Assembly (NCBI GenBank): GCA_965261965.1
Contig: OZ253489.1
Coordinates: forward strand, 130,969-194,968
Direction of reading: 5' to 3'
Length of the DNA: 64,000 nt
DNA from: Dehalococcoidia bacterium
GTDB lineage: Bacteria > Chloroflexota > Dehalococcoidia > Lucifugimonadales > JAGWBF01
In this document: piece after piece, positions 37,143-47,316 of the stretch
How positions within the stretch are numbered: position 1 is the stretch's first letter
Layout: each line of letters begins with the position of its first letter
Position numbers and translations under genes: made by a program
Notes under the pieces: generated by a model
Databases searched by the model: none
What the model was told of the DNA's origin: nothing
The model's input: the letters and a program-made list of their open reading frames with translations, nothing else

Positions 37143-38189
37143 ATGCCGACGAAGATATTGGGAATCGAAACCTCCTGTGATGAAACAGCTGCCGCCGTGG
37201 TGGAAGATGGCACAAGGGTGCTGTCCAACATAATCTGCTCCCAAGTGGACCTCCATGCCCGCTACGGCGGTGTGGTGCCTGAAGTCGCATCCAGGCAGCA
37301 CGTTCTGGAGATATGCCCCGGTATACAGGAAGCTTTGGAATCCAGCTCCACCAGGTTTGAAGACCTGGATGCTGTGGCCGTCACCTACGGGCCGGGCTTG
37401 GCTGGATCGTTGCTCGTGGGATTGAATGCTGCCAAGGCGATCGCATTTTCCTTGGACATCCCCCTGCTGGGCATCAACCACCTGGAGGGCCACATATTTG
37501 CTGCTTGGCTAACCGGAGCAGCCGAGGATGATGCAACCGACCCAGGCGCCGAGCCGGGATTCCCCTTGGTCTGCTTGATTGCATCGGGGGGGCATACCGA
37601 TCTGGTGGTGATGAAAGGCTACGGAGACTACGAACTTTTGGGGCGTACCCGGGATGATGCAGCCGGAGAAGCTTTCGACAAAGCAGCCCGCATCTTGGGC
37701 CTTGGCTTCCCAGGCGGACCGGAGATACAGCGGAAATCCGCCGGCGTTCTTCATGGGGAGAAGCTTCCCAGGGCTTGGTTGAAGGGGACCCAAGACTTCA
37801 GTTTCAGCGGAGTTAAAACAGCCCTGCTCAAGAAAGCTCAGATTGCCGGGGTTTATCCTCCTCAGGAGTCGGTGGTGGATGACGGCGACCGCATCATCAG
37901 CGAGATGGCAGCAGGCTTCCAAGAATCCGTTGTGGATGTGCTGGTATACAAGACCTTGGAAGCGGCAGATATGGTTGGAGCCAAAGGAATCATTCTTGGA
38001 GGTGGTGTGGCTGCCAATTCTCTTCTGCGACAGGAGATGGTGCGTCAGTCGAGCCTTCCGGCGATGATCCCGCCTCCGAAGCTATGCACCGACAACGGAG
38101 CTATGATCGCAGCATCCGGTTACTACCACTTTACCCAGGGGTCGGGAGATTCCCTGACCTTGGATGTGGACCCCAGCTTGTCGTTGTAG
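37143..38189 (+). CDS. tsaD: tRNA N6-adenosine threonylcarbamoyltransferase
   Basis: The ORF track starts at 36801. The conserved N-terminus begins at [15 protein letters not shown] (ATG 37143). HLEGHI metal-binding motif. Confidence 0.9.
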   Translation: MPTKILGIETSCDETAAAVVEDGTRVLSNIICSQVDLHARYGGVVPEVASRQHVLEICPGIQEALESSSTRFEDLDAVAVTYGPGLAGSLLVGLNAAKAIAFSLDIPLLGINHLEGHIFAAWLTGAAEDDATDPGAEPGFPLVCLIASGGHTDLVVMKGYGDYELLGRTRDDAAGEAFDKAARILGLGFPGGPEIQRKSAGVLHGEKLPRAWLKGTQDFSFSGVKTALLKKAQIAGVYPPQESVVDDGDRIISEMAAGFQESVVDVLVYKTLEAADMVGAKGIILGGGVAANSLLRQEMVRQSSLPAMIPPPKLCTDNGAMIAASGYYHFTQGSGDSLTLDVDPSLSL

Positions 38190-38269
38190 TAGTTAAGCTG
38201 GAGAAGTCCTGCCCAACGTAGCTGGATATAGATGGGATAGTCCCTGGGGATGTGGAGACCGGCATATCC

Positions 38270-38845
38270 TCACAGTCGGCGCCCCCGGATGCCGCCCGTA
38301 GCTGCCTTCAGGTCGAAGAACCGGCTGACCATCCTATGAGCATCGGCCCCAGCTTTTCTGTTCCTGATGGGAAACGACAGTCCCACACCGGCGCCTTGGA
38401 ACATGATCTGCCCTTCTTCTTCCCACAGCACATGTTTAAGCGTCAACAGCAACCCAATCAGGGCTAGAGCTCCAACCAGCACATATGCCAGGGTCTCCTG
38501 GTGCAGGACGTAGCTCACCATAAAGATCACAAATGCCAGCAGGATCAGAATGGGGCCTTGAAGCATATCTTTGGTCCTGCGGCGGCTTTGTCTTAAAGAC
38601 ACACCCTCCAACTCTGTCAAGGATGCAACCGAGGCTTCTTTCTGATCTCCCGATTCCACAAAGGACATGACACGCAGGTTGGTGAAGACCAGGACATCCC
38701 CGGCAGGTGGGGTTCGGTGGACCACCCCATCTTCGGACGAGTACTGTTGGAATACCGCTTCGCCGTCCATCAGGGCAAGCCACCGGATGTGGTCCGTCGA
38801 TCCGGGAGGGTCGGGCTGTCTGTATAGCGAGGTGTATTCTTCCAA
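38270..38845 (-). CDS. Hypothetical membrane protein (two central TM helices)
   Basis: 191 aa. A soluble N-terminal part, then LILLAFVIFMVSYVL and VLVGALALIGLLLTL. No family recognised. Confidence 0.5.
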   Translation of the reverse strand: MEEYTSLYRQPDPPGSTDHIRWLALMDGEAVFQQYSSEDGVVHRTPPAGDVLVFTNLRVMSFVESGDQKEASVASLTELEGVSLRQSRRRTKDMLQGPILILLAFVIFMVSYVLHQETLAYVLVGALALIGLLLTLKHVLWEEEGQIMFQGAGVGLSFPIRNRKAGADAHRMVSRFFDLKAATGGIRGRRL

Positions 38846-39153
38846 GGCCGTTCCATCGTAACATAGTTGGTTTTTCTGCGCCCATCTGTTTGCTATGCTT
38901 CATAAACGGAAACCAGGCCTGAAGGCAGGTGGTCTCAGAACATCAGGCTAGAGATCTGAGGGTCTGGACCTTCTGGGTTTTGGAGGGATTGTATATGTTG
39001 GGTAATTCGTTGATGGAATGAACGGAGCATAGGCGGGCGCCAAGGAGTCGAGGGAGTGCGGAAAGGGCGGTTAGCCGCTTGGGCTGACTCCCTTTAAGTT
39101 AGGCTGTGCTTGTCTTGGTCTTCCCGGAATTGCTCCGGGCATTTTTGAGGATG

Positions 39154-39162
39154 TGCTATACT
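39154..39162 (+). promoter_or_regulatory. Candidate extended -10 element for the PD40 lipoprotein gene
   Basis: TGcTATACT, 57 nt upstream of the ATG at 39219. Confidence 0.3.
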
Positions 39163-39218
39163 CGGCTGGCTGGAGTGCCCGGCGTCTTGACAGAATCCGA
39201 GGTGAGGAGTACCGAGAG

Positions 39219-41087
39219 ATGCTTGAAAGTCCGACACGGAAATCCTCCTCGTTCCCCCACCGACTTCCCCTCCGAATCTTAGCACTTGCTCTGATTCTGC
39301 TGGTTACGCTCGCGGCCTGCGGACAGGAGGGCCAACCGGACGGTAGCGCAGCGACAGGCGGCACGGAAACGGCCGTCTCCACGGTTCCTCCCACGGCCAC
39401 AACCGCAGCCGCGCCCACCCTCGTGCCAGCGGCCACGCCTTACCCAACTCCAACGCCCGCGCCACAACCGACCTACACGCCCGTGCCCACGCCGACTTCC
39501 CTTCCGACGGCCACGCCGGTACCACCCGCACCTACACCTCAGCCCACGCCAACACCAACGCCTGCCCAGGCCGCCCGCCTCACCGACAACGACGCTGTTG
39601 ATGCGGGCCCAGACTGGTCGCCCGACGGCCGGCGCATCGCGTTCCATTCCGACCGCGACGGGAACCGGGAGATCTACGTGATGAACGCCGACGGCTCCGG
39701 CCTCGCCCGCCTCACCGACAACGACGCCTATGATTATGACCCCGACTGGTCGCCCGACGGCCAGCGCATCGCGTTCACTTCCGACCGCGACGGGAACTGG
39801 AAGATCTACGTGATGAACGCCGACGGCTCCGGCCTCGCCCGCCTCACCGACAACGACGCTGGTGATTGGGCCCCCGCCTGGTCGCCCGACGGCCGGCGCA
39901 TCGCGTTCCATTCCGGACGCGACCGGAGCCGGGAGATCTACGTGATGAACGCCGACGGCTCCGGCCTCGCCCGCCTCACCGACAACTACGCTGGTGATTA
40001 TGACCCCGCCTGGTCGCCCGACGGCCAGCGCATCGCGTTCCGTTCCAACCGCGACGGGTCCGATCACGATGGGAACTACGAGATCTACGTGATGAACGCC
40101 GACGGCTCCGGCCTCGCCCGCCTCACCGACAACTACGCTGGTGATTATGACCCCGCCTGGTCGCCCGACGGCCAGCGCATCGCGTTCCATTCCGACCGCG
40201 ACGGAAACTGGGAGATCTACGTGATGAACGCCGACGGCTCCGGCCTTGCCCGCCTCACCGACAACGACGCTGGTGATTGGGGGTCCGCCTGGTCGCCCGA
40301 CGGCCAGCGCATCGCGTTCCATTCCAACCGCGATGGGAACTGGGAAATCTATGTGATGAACGCCGACGGCTCCGGCCTCGCCCGCCTCACCGACAACGAC
40401 GCCGGTGATTATAGACCCGCCTGGTCGCCCGACGGCCAGCGCATCGCCTTCTATTCCGACCGCGACGGGAACTGGGGGGAGATCTACGTGATGAACGCCG
40501 ACGGCTCCGGCCTCGCCCGCCTCACCGACAACGACGCTGGTGATGGGGACCCCGACTGGTCGCCCGACGGCCGGCGCATCGTCTTCCATTCCAACCGCGA
40601 CGGGAACTGGGAGATCTACGTGATGAACGCCGACGGCTCCGGCCTCGCCCGCCTCACCGACAACAACGCTGATGATTTTCGACCCGACTGGTCGCCCGAC
40701 GGCCAGCGCATCGCGTTCACTTCCGACCGCGATGGGAACTACGAGACCTACGTGATGAACGCCGACGGCTCCGGCCTTGCCCGCCTCACCGACAACAACG
40801 CTGATGATTATAGACCCGACTGGTCGCCCGACGGCCAGCGCATCGCGTTCACTTCCGACCGCGATGGGGACTGGGAGATCTACGTGATGAACGCCGACGG
40901 CTCCGGCCTCGCCCGCCTCACCGACAACAACGCTGATGATTTTCGACCCGACTGGTCGCCCGACGGCCAGCGCATCGCGTTCACTTCTGACCGCGACGGG
41001 AACTACGAGACCTACGTGATGAACGCCGACGGCTCCGGCCTCGCCCGCCTCACCGACAACAACGCTGATGATTTTCGACCCGCCTAG
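39219..41087 (+). CDS. TolB-like PD40 beta-propeller repeat lipoprotein (12 blades; the last is interrupted by TAG)
   Basis: Start taken at MLESPTRK (GAGGAG upstream). Lipobox LTLAAC and a Pro/Thr-rich linker. Twelve ~44-aa units follow: RLTDNDAxDxxPxWSPDGxRIAFxSDRDGNxEIYVMNADGSGLA. The frame stays open for 27 codons past the TAG, to a TGA at 41169-41171. Confidence 0.8.
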   Translation: MLESPTRKSSSFPHRLPLRILALALILLVTLAACGQEGQPDGSAATGGTETAVSTVPPTATTAAAPTLVPAATPYPTPTPAPQPTYTPVPTPTSLPTATPVPPAPTPQPTPTPTPAQAARLTDNDAVDAGPDWSPDGRRIAFHSDRDGNREIYVMNADGSGLARLTDNDAYDYDPDWSPDGQRIAFTSDRDGNWKIYVMNADGSGLARLTDNDAGDWAPAWSPDGRRIAFHSGRDRSREIYVMNADGSGLARLTDNYAGDYDPAWSPDGQRIAFRSNRDGSDHDGNYEIYVMNADGSGLARLTDNYAGDYDPAWSPDGQRIAFHSDRDGNWEIYVMNADGSGLARLTDNDAGDWGSAWSPDGQRIAFHSNRDGNWEIYVMNADGSGLARLTDNDAGDYRPAWSPDGQRIAFYSDRDGNWGEIYVMNADGSGLARLTDNDAGDGDPDWSPDGRRIVFHSNRDGNWEIYVMNADGSGLARLTDNNADDFRPDWSPDGQRIAFTSDRDGNYETYVMNADGSGLARLTDNNADDYRPDWSPDGQRIAFTSDRDGDWEIYVMNADGSGLARLTDNNADDFRPDWSPDGQRIAFTSDRDGNYETYVMNADGSGLARLTDNNADDFRPA

Positions 41088-41404
41088 TCGCCCGACGGCC
41101 AGCGCATCGCGTTCACTTCCGACCGCGATGGGGACTGGGAGATCTACGTGATGAACGCACCCGAAGAGTGATGCCGCGTTGGCCTGGAATTGATTCCCGG
41201 AGACGGGTGTTCCGGTTCGGGTTTCTATATCAGAATCAACGAAAGCGGAGCGGCGGTTATTGACGGCAACTTCGGGGGCATCACTATGGGCAACACCACA
41301 ATGTCCGCGGGGAGCATAAACCTGAACCGGTTCAGTGCCAGCTCAATTGGTTCACTTCAGGGTGCGTGGACGATTCAGAGCCTCCCCTAGCCGGGTGTTC
41401 TGCC

Positions 41405-41452
41405 GGCGGGATTGGAGCGGCCCGGGCGATTCCCCGCCGCTCCAATCCCGCC
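41405..41452. other. 17-bp perfect inverted repeat (stem-loop)
   Basis: GGCGGGATTGGAGCGGC (41405-41421), 14-nt loop, GCCGCTCCAATCCCGCC (41436-41452). No U-tract. Confidence 0.6.
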
Positions 41453-41837
41453 CCCTTCCAGCGAGATGCGGAAGCAGTGAACCGCGGATATGTTCCGGGT
41501 TACGGCCCGGCCCGGATATTTTACTGGTAGGCGAATAATACGCTAAAACCGGCAACATTTCCCTGAATTAGAATGCGTTTGCTTGGCAGGGTCGCCCAAG
41601 GCAATAGCGTCTTAATTCCCGGTAGCTCCCCAAACCACCAGCTGCCTTTTCTTCGCTGCTTTGCACTGGTCTTTACGTAGCGCCAGGTCACTCTGATATG
41701 CTTGAGCTCTGTCAACGAACTGGCTAACACATACAGGAATGACCTGGGATCAAGGAAGGACATTGGCAGCATGTCCCCAAAAGTCCCTCATTGTCGTACG
41801 TCCACACCGGGAGGATGGGTGCGGTCTGTCATGTTTC

Positions 41838-42009
41838 TAGGGATAGTCTGAATAAGTCCCCGCGGATGCGGAGGATGGACGTGAAACCCGTCCCTACAGA
41901 GGGGCGAGGTTCCCGACTTCGCGGGAATGACGGGCTTCATGGGGCGGGAATGACGGTCTTCAGGGGGCGGGAATGACGGTCTTCAGGCGAGTTGTTCAGA
42001 GGTTCCCTA
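41838..42009 (+). mobile_element. Family B MITE, copy X1 (TA-flanked, GGGAnnnTCTGAA inverted ends)
   Basis: TA-GGGATAGTCTGAATAAG...GTTGTTCAGAGGTTCCC-TA. Internal hairpins GGACG-N7-CGTCC and TTCCCG-N-CGGGAA. Three internal GCGGGAATGACGGnCTTCA sub-repeats. The right end overlaps the carB stop codon. Confidence 0.7.
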
Positions 42010-45000
42010 GCTGACGGGCGTTGGGGGTTCGGCGCTTCCTTCCAGGTACTCTTCGATGCGCCTGACGTTGTAGGAGGTGTGATCCATCAGCAGGCTTTCC
42101 ACGGCAGCTCTGGCTGTGTCCAAGGATGTGAAACAAGGGACTCGCTTTTCTGCTGCTGCCCGGCGAATGTAGAAACCATCTCGTAGGGTGGCGGCAACAC
42201 CGGTGACGGTGTTGATCACCCCTCCCACCAACCCTTCGTTGATCACATCCACCACGTTGGGGTGGCCTTCGCTGAGCTTCTTGGTGATCATGGTGACGGG
42301 AGCTTTCATCGCCTCCAGCATTGCTGCGGTACCTTCGGTGGCATACAGCACAAAACCCGCCTGCAGAAGCTCTCGCACCAAGGTTGTAGCTTCTGCTTTG
42401 TCTTTGTCAGCGATGCTGAGCAGAATCCCGCTACTTGGGTTGAGGGTCAGCCCTGCTGCGGACAGTGCTTTGGCCAAGGCCTGTGAGAACTCATCATCCA
42501 CCCCCATAACCTCGCCGGTGGACTTCATCTCCGGCCCCATGTACCAGTCCACACCGATGAGCTTGGACATAGAAAACACCGGGGCTTTGATGGCTACAAT
42601 CTTCTGACGCTTCCATAGACCGCCTTGGTACCCCATCTCCCGCAGGGTCCTTCCCAGCATCGCCCGCGTAGCTAATTGCACAACAGGCACGCCGGTAACC
42701 TTGGAGATGAAGGGCACTGTCCTGCTTGACCGGGGATTGACCTCCAAGATGTAGATGGAGGTTTCGCCGTCCTGCTCCCTCGGCTGCCGCGGGCTGCGGT
42801 AGGGCGGCCCCCCCAGAATAACGAACTGGACATTCATAAGCCCGCGGATTCCAAGTCCCATCCCGATGCGTGTGGTGTAATCGACTATGGTGCCGACCTC
42901 CTTGGAGGTCAGGTTCAGACCGGGGTAGATGGTCATGGAATCGCCGCTATGGACCCCGGCCCGCTCAATGTGCTCCATGATGCCGGGAATCAGCACCTCT
43001 TGCCCGTCGCAGATAGCATCGACCTCGCACTCCTTGCCCTCCATGTACTTGTCGATGAGCACCGGCTTGCCCTGTCCCACCTCGGTGGCCATGGAAAGGT
43101 AGCGTATGAGTTCGGTGGCATTTTGGACGATCTCCATGGCACGACCCCCCAGCACATAGCTGGGGCGCACCACCACCGGATAATCGATATCCTGGGCTAC
43201 CCTGAGAGCTTCTTCGACGGAAGACACTCCCGCTCCGGGGGGTTGGGGTATGCCCAGACGGGACAGGAACTCTTCGAACCTGTGCCGGTCGGAAGCTATA
43301 TCTATGGCTTCAGCTCCCGACCCAAGGATGGGAAGCCCGGCCCGGTCCAAGCTTTGGGAAAGGTTTATGGCGGTCTGGCCCCCGAACTGGACTACCGAAG
43401 GCGGCGGATCGCCATCGCCCGTTTCGTTTTCGATAATATCCCGAAGCCCCTCTTCGTCCAAGGGTTCAAAATAGAGGCGCCTGCTGGTGTCGAAATCGGT
43501 AGAGACGGTTTCGGGGTTGGAGTTAACCAAGATGCTCTGGACATTTTCTTTTTCCAATGCCCAAGCAGCATGTACGCTGCAATAGTCGAACTCAATGCCC
43601 TGACCTATGCGGATTGGGCCGCTGCCAACCACCACAGCCTTGGGCCCTTCCAAGGGCATCGCCTCATTTTCCTGCTCATAGGTGCTGTAGTAGTAGGGAG
43701 TGACCGCCTCAAACTCGGCGGCGCACGTATCGACCATCTTGTACACCGGCCGGATGTTCCACCGTTGGCGGAGGTCGCGGACCTGCTCATCCAGCCTGTC
43801 CGCCAAGGTCCCCACCTGCTCGTCGGAAAATCCCAAGCGCTTGGCACGCCAGAGAAGGTCCGGGGTTAGGGATTCGCCCAAGAGCCGGGTTTCCATCTTG
43901 GTGATCCGTGACAGTGCGTTGACGAACCAAGGGTCGATGAGGGTGGCGACAGACGCATCTTTTGGCTCGGCGCCTTGGCGGAGCAGATACATGACTTCCC
44001 ACAGCCGCAGATCACTGGGCTGTTCAGGTCTGGCGGGACGACCGCCAACTCCACCGTTGCGCCAAGCGGGGTCTTCCCACAGGAGGGACCGCCCACCCAT
44101 CTCCAAGGACCGCACTGCTTTTTGAAGAGCAGCTTCGAAGCTGCGGTCGATGGCCATAACCTCGCCGGTTGCTTTCATCTGGGTTGTGGTGGTCCGGTCC
44201 CCGGCGGGGAATTTGTCGAATGGCCACCGGGGTATCTTCACCACACAATAGTCCAGAGCGGGCTCGAAAGCTGCGCGGGTGCGCATGGTTACAGCATTGG
44301 GAATCTCGTCCAGGCGCTTCCCGACGGCGATCTTGGCTGCCACCCGTGCGATGGGATATCCGGTCGCTTTGCTAGCCAGGGCGGAGCTGCGGCTGACCCT
44401 GGGGTTGACTTCGATCACATAGTAGGGGGCGTCCGGCTCCCAGTCCCCCCGAATGGCTTCAGCTATGATGGGATGGGGTGGCAATGCAAACTGGATGTTG
44501 CAACCGCCCTCAATGCCCAGTGCCCTGATGATCCTCAAGCTGGCTGACCTGAGCATCTGGTGTTCTTTGTCCGATAATGTTTGACTGGGCGCAACCACGA
44601 TGCTATCCCCGGTGTGTACCCCCATCGGGTCCAGGTTCTCCATATTGCAGATTGTTATGCAATTATCGGCCCCATCCCGCATCACCTCATACTCCAGCTC
44701 TTTCCAACCCACCAAGGAGCGTTCCAGGAGCACCTGATGAATGGGGCTGGCCGTCAAACCTCCGGTAGTTATAGCTTCGAAATCTTCTGTGTTGTTTGCG
44801 ATTCCCCCGCCGGTCCCACCCAACGTGTAGGCAGGCCGGACAACCAGGGGCAGTCCCATGCGGCTGGCCACATGGCGTGCTTCTTCCATCGACGAAACCG
44901 TGGCGCTGGGTGGTTGGGGTTCGCCTATGCCTGCCAGAAGCGTATGGAACAACTCACGGTCTTCTGCATTTCGAATGGTTTCTAGGGGTGTGCCCAGCAG

Positions 45001-45336
45001 GCGAACATTATGGCGGTCCAAGAGGCCGGCTTGGGCCATATCCACTGCCAGATTCAGGCCCGTTTGCCCTCCCAAGGTTGGAAGGATTCCATCCGGCTTC
45101 TCACGGGCCAATATCCGGTCCAACACATCAAGGGTGAGAGGTTCGATGTAGACCATGTCGGCGATGTCCCGGTCCGTCATGATGGTAGCTGGGTTGGAGT
45201 TGACCAAGACGGTGGTGACACCCTCTTCGCGGAGTGCTTTGCAAGCTTGGGTGCCAGCGTAGTCGAACTCTGCAGCTTGGCCGATGACGATGGCCCCCGA
45301 CCCGATAACCAGAACTTTAGACGGCTTGGTGGCCAT
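42007..45336 (-). CDS. carB: Carbamoyl-phosphate synthase large subunit
   Basis: 1109 aa. Duplicated ATP-grasp halves and a C-terminal MGS-like domain. Confidence 0.95.
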   Translation of the reverse strand: MATKPSKVLVIGSGAIVIGQAAEFDYAGTQACKALREEGVTTVLVNSNPATIMTDRDIADMVYIEPLTLDVLDRILAREKPDGILPTLGGQTGLNLAVDMAQAGLLDRHNVRLLGTPLETIRNAEDRELFHTLLAGIGEPQPPSATVSSMEEARHVASRMGLPLVVRPAYTLGGTGGGIANNTEDFEAITTGGLTASPIHQVLLERSLVGWKELEYEVMRDGADNCITICNMENLDPMGVHTGDSIVVAPSQTLSDKEHQMLRSASLRIIRALGIEGGCNIQFALPPHPIIAEAIRGDWEPDAPYYVIEVNPRVSRSSALASKATGYPIARVAAKIAVGKRLDEIPNAVTMRTRAAFEPALDYCVVKIPRWPFDKFPAGDRTTTTQMKATGEVMAIDRSFEAALQKAVRSLEMGGRSLLWEDPAWRNGGVGGRPARPEQPSDLRLWEVMYLLRQGAEPKDASVATLIDPWFVNALSRITKMETRLLGESLTPDLLWRAKRLGFSDEQVGTLADRLDEQVRDLRQRWNIRPVYKMVDTCAAEFEAVTPYYYSTYEQENEAMPLEGPKAVVVGSGPIRIGQGIEFDYCSVHAAWALEKENVQSILVNSNPETVSTDFDTSRRLYFEPLDEEGLRDIIENETGDGDPPPSVVQFGGQTAINLSQSLDRAGLPILGSGAEAIDIASDRHRFEEFLSRLGIPQPPGAGVSSVEEALRVAQDIDYPVVVRPSYVLGGRAMEIVQNATELIRYLSMATEVGQGKPVLIDKYMEGKECEVDAICDGQEVLIPGIMEHIERAGVHSGDSMTIYPGLNLTSKEVGTIVDYTTRIGMGLGIRGLMNVQFVILGGPPYRSPRQPREQDGETSIYILEVNPRSSRTVPFISKVTGVPVVQLATRAMLGRTLREMGYQGGLWKRQKIVAIKAPVFSMSKLIGVDWYMGPEMKSTGEVMGVDDEFSQALAKALSAAGLTLNPSSGILLSIADKDKAEATTLVRELLQAGFVLYATEGTAAMLEAMKAPVTMITKKLSEGHPNVVDVINEGLVGGVINTVTGVAATLRDGFYIRRAAAEKRVPCFTSLDTARAAVESLLMDHTSYNVRRIEEYLEGSAEPPTPVS

Positions 45337-45498
45337 TCCCTCTCCCCCAGGTGCTGCCGGGTATCATACCTTGTCCGTGTAGGTGGCACAAGGCAGACCA
45401 CCTGTGGTCCAGCTGATGGGAGAACAGGACTGGGGCTATGGGCTCGGCCCGTAATGGTTACGGTTACAGGATGCTCATCTGGGGGCGATCCGGCGGGT

Positions 45499-45912
45499 TT
45501 AAGAGACGGGCAGATTGAGAGGTATATTGATCAACTGGCGAGCTTGAAAAGCGTTGAGAAGCTGAAAGATGAAGCTGGCAAAAAGGTCGCCTTCTTTCTG
45601 GAAAAGCTTTGACCTGGAATCAGCCCACTCATCCCATGGGGGAATCCGGAGTCGGGTTCGCCCGTCGGGCAGTTTGTCCACCTCAATGAACCCCACCGGT
45701 ATTACTGGTTTTTCCCCTTGACGGTCCTCTATAGCTTTAACTTGGAGCTTCCATTTGGAACCCACCACCCCGCCCAACGGCCTCACCTGAAATCGGTAAT
45801 CCTGATAGGAGAAGATCGGCACATCGGTGTCGAGAGCAACTATTATCTCTCTTATCTCGGGGTCGATATCCATCTCCACCCCTTCTTCCAGCACGAATTG
45901 GGCAAAGGACAT
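45499..45912 (-). CDS. Hypothetical protein (137 aa) between carA and carB
   Basis: GGGAGG RBS 7 nt upstream of the ATG at 45912. No recognisable motif. Confidence 0.55.
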   Translation of the reverse strand: MSFAQFVLEEGVEMDIDPEIREIIVALDTDVPIFSYQDYRFQVRPLGGVVGSKWKLQVKAIEDRQGEKPVIPVGFIEVDKLPDGRTRLRIPPWDEWADSRSKLFQKEGDLFASFIFQLLNAFQARQLINIPLNLPVS

Positions 45913-46094
45913 AACCGGACCTCCCGAATAGAGCGATATATGGTTTCCTTAAACTCCTTTAGTACAGGCTTGGATAGAGCGCCAGCTTATGGCCTTCCAC
46001 TGCATCCAAAGAAGATTACGGAGAGCATTTTCCCACTACGGAAGTTTTCGACGCTATCTGCACCTCAAGCATCTTTTCTTCATTTTGGTGGGGT

Positions 46095-47258
46095 CTAGCT
46101 CTGGCGGGAGTGGGCGGCAACTATATCCAAGAAGCGGTCGAAGAGGTATTCGTTGTCCCGGGGTCCGGGAGATGCTTCGGAATGGTACTGTATGGTGAGT
46201 ACCGGAAGGGACCGGTGACGGAGACCCTCCACCGTATCATCGTTCAGGTTCAGGTGGGTAACTTCCAGGTCGGCAGGCAGTGAATCTTTGTCCACTGCAT
46301 ACCCGTGATTCTGGGCTGTAATGTAGACCCGCCCTGTGTTCACATCCTGCACGGAATGGTTGGCTCCCCGGTGCCCGAACGTCAGCTTGAAGGTACTCGC
46401 ACCCAACGCCCTGGCAACTATCTGGTGGCCCAAACAGATGCCCATCAGCGGCACCTGACCAATGAGCTGACGGGCGCTTTCCACAATGTAGCTGAGCTTG
46501 GCGGGATTTCCCGGCCCGGGCGATAGCAGCACCCCGGACGGATTCAACGCCATCACCTCTTCAGCAGAAGCGGTGGAAGGAACGGTGATCACCTCACATC
46601 CCCGGCTCTGCAACAAGCGGAGGATGTTGTACTTGACCCCATAATCTCCCACAACGATACGACAGATGCCGTTCCCGTCATTCGAGCTTGGTTCCCAAGT
46701 GTAAGGTTCGCTGGTGGTCACACGCCGCACGTAGTCCACATCGCCGTAGGAGGGCACATCCCGAAGACGGGCCAGCGCAGCTTCCGACACCCTGGCGCAC
46801 AGCTCATCCGTTGTGGAATGCGTGATGCCCGGGTCGACGCCTTCAAGCTCATCGGCTGGGATGATCATGCCCATCATCACCCCTTGGCTGCGAAGTTTCT
46901 TGGTGATGGACCTGGTATCTACACCGCAGAGCCCGGCTGTCTGGCTATCTTTCAAAAACTGATGAAGGGTGGCATCGCTCAGAGCATGGCTGGGAGTCTC
47001 GCAATGCTCCCGAACGACAAATCCGGCCACCTGAACCTGGCGGGATTCGGTGTCCCGGCTGTTGGTCCCGTAGTTGCCCACCAGCGGATAGGTCAGCACC
47101 ACGATCTGTCCGGCATAGGATGGATCGGTCAACGCTTCCTGATATCCGGTCATGCCGGTGTTGAACACAACCTCGCCGTGGACGGACCGTACAGCCCCAA
47201 AGGATTCCCCTTGGTAAACCGAACCATCTTCGAGGACCAGATATGCAACCGTGCTCAT
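46095..47258 (-). CDS. carA: Carbamoyl-phosphate synthase small subunit (glutamine amidotransferase)
   Basis: 387 aa. GICLGHQ nucleophile elbow and the His/Glu region YHSEASPGP. Confidence 0.93.
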   Translation of the reverse strand: MSTVAYLVLEDGSVYQGESFGAVRSVHGEVVFNTGMTGYQEALTDPSYAGQIVVLTYPLVGNYGTNSRDTESRQVQVAGFVVREHCETPSHALSDATLHQFLKDSQTAGLCGVDTRSITKKLRSQGVMMGMIIPADELEGVDPGITHSTTDELCARVSEAALARLRDVPSYGDVDYVRRVTTSEPYTWEPSSNDGNGICRIVVGDYGVKYNILRLLQSRGCEVITVPSTASAEEVMALNPSGVLLSPGPGNPAKLSYIVESARQLIGQVPLMGICLGHQIVARALGASTFKLTFGHRGANHSVQDVNTGRVYITAQNHGYAVDKDSLPADLEVTHLNLNDDTVEGLRHRSLPVLTIQYHSEASPGPRDNEYLFDRFLDIVAAHSRQS

Positions 47259-47316
47259 AGCTACCTCAGTTTCCTAGTTCTGCTCTCAATGCTCAATGCC
47301 GCATCCGAGGAGCGGC

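Noticed and set aside
39279-40589. 436-aa minus-strand ORF opposite the PD40 gene
   Set aside because: It is an antisense shadow of a GC-rich repetitive gene. The plus strand carries the recognisable PD40 motif, signal peptide and lipobox, and the minus-strand product is low-complexity (GVHHVDLPVPVAVG repeats).
41521-41772. 83-aa minus-strand ORF with a basic segment (RYVKTSAKQRRKGSWWF) faintly reminiscent of maturase or transposase tails
   Set aside because: Too short and too weak to call, with no RBS and no supporting domain. Left as part of an unannotated gene-poor stretch.
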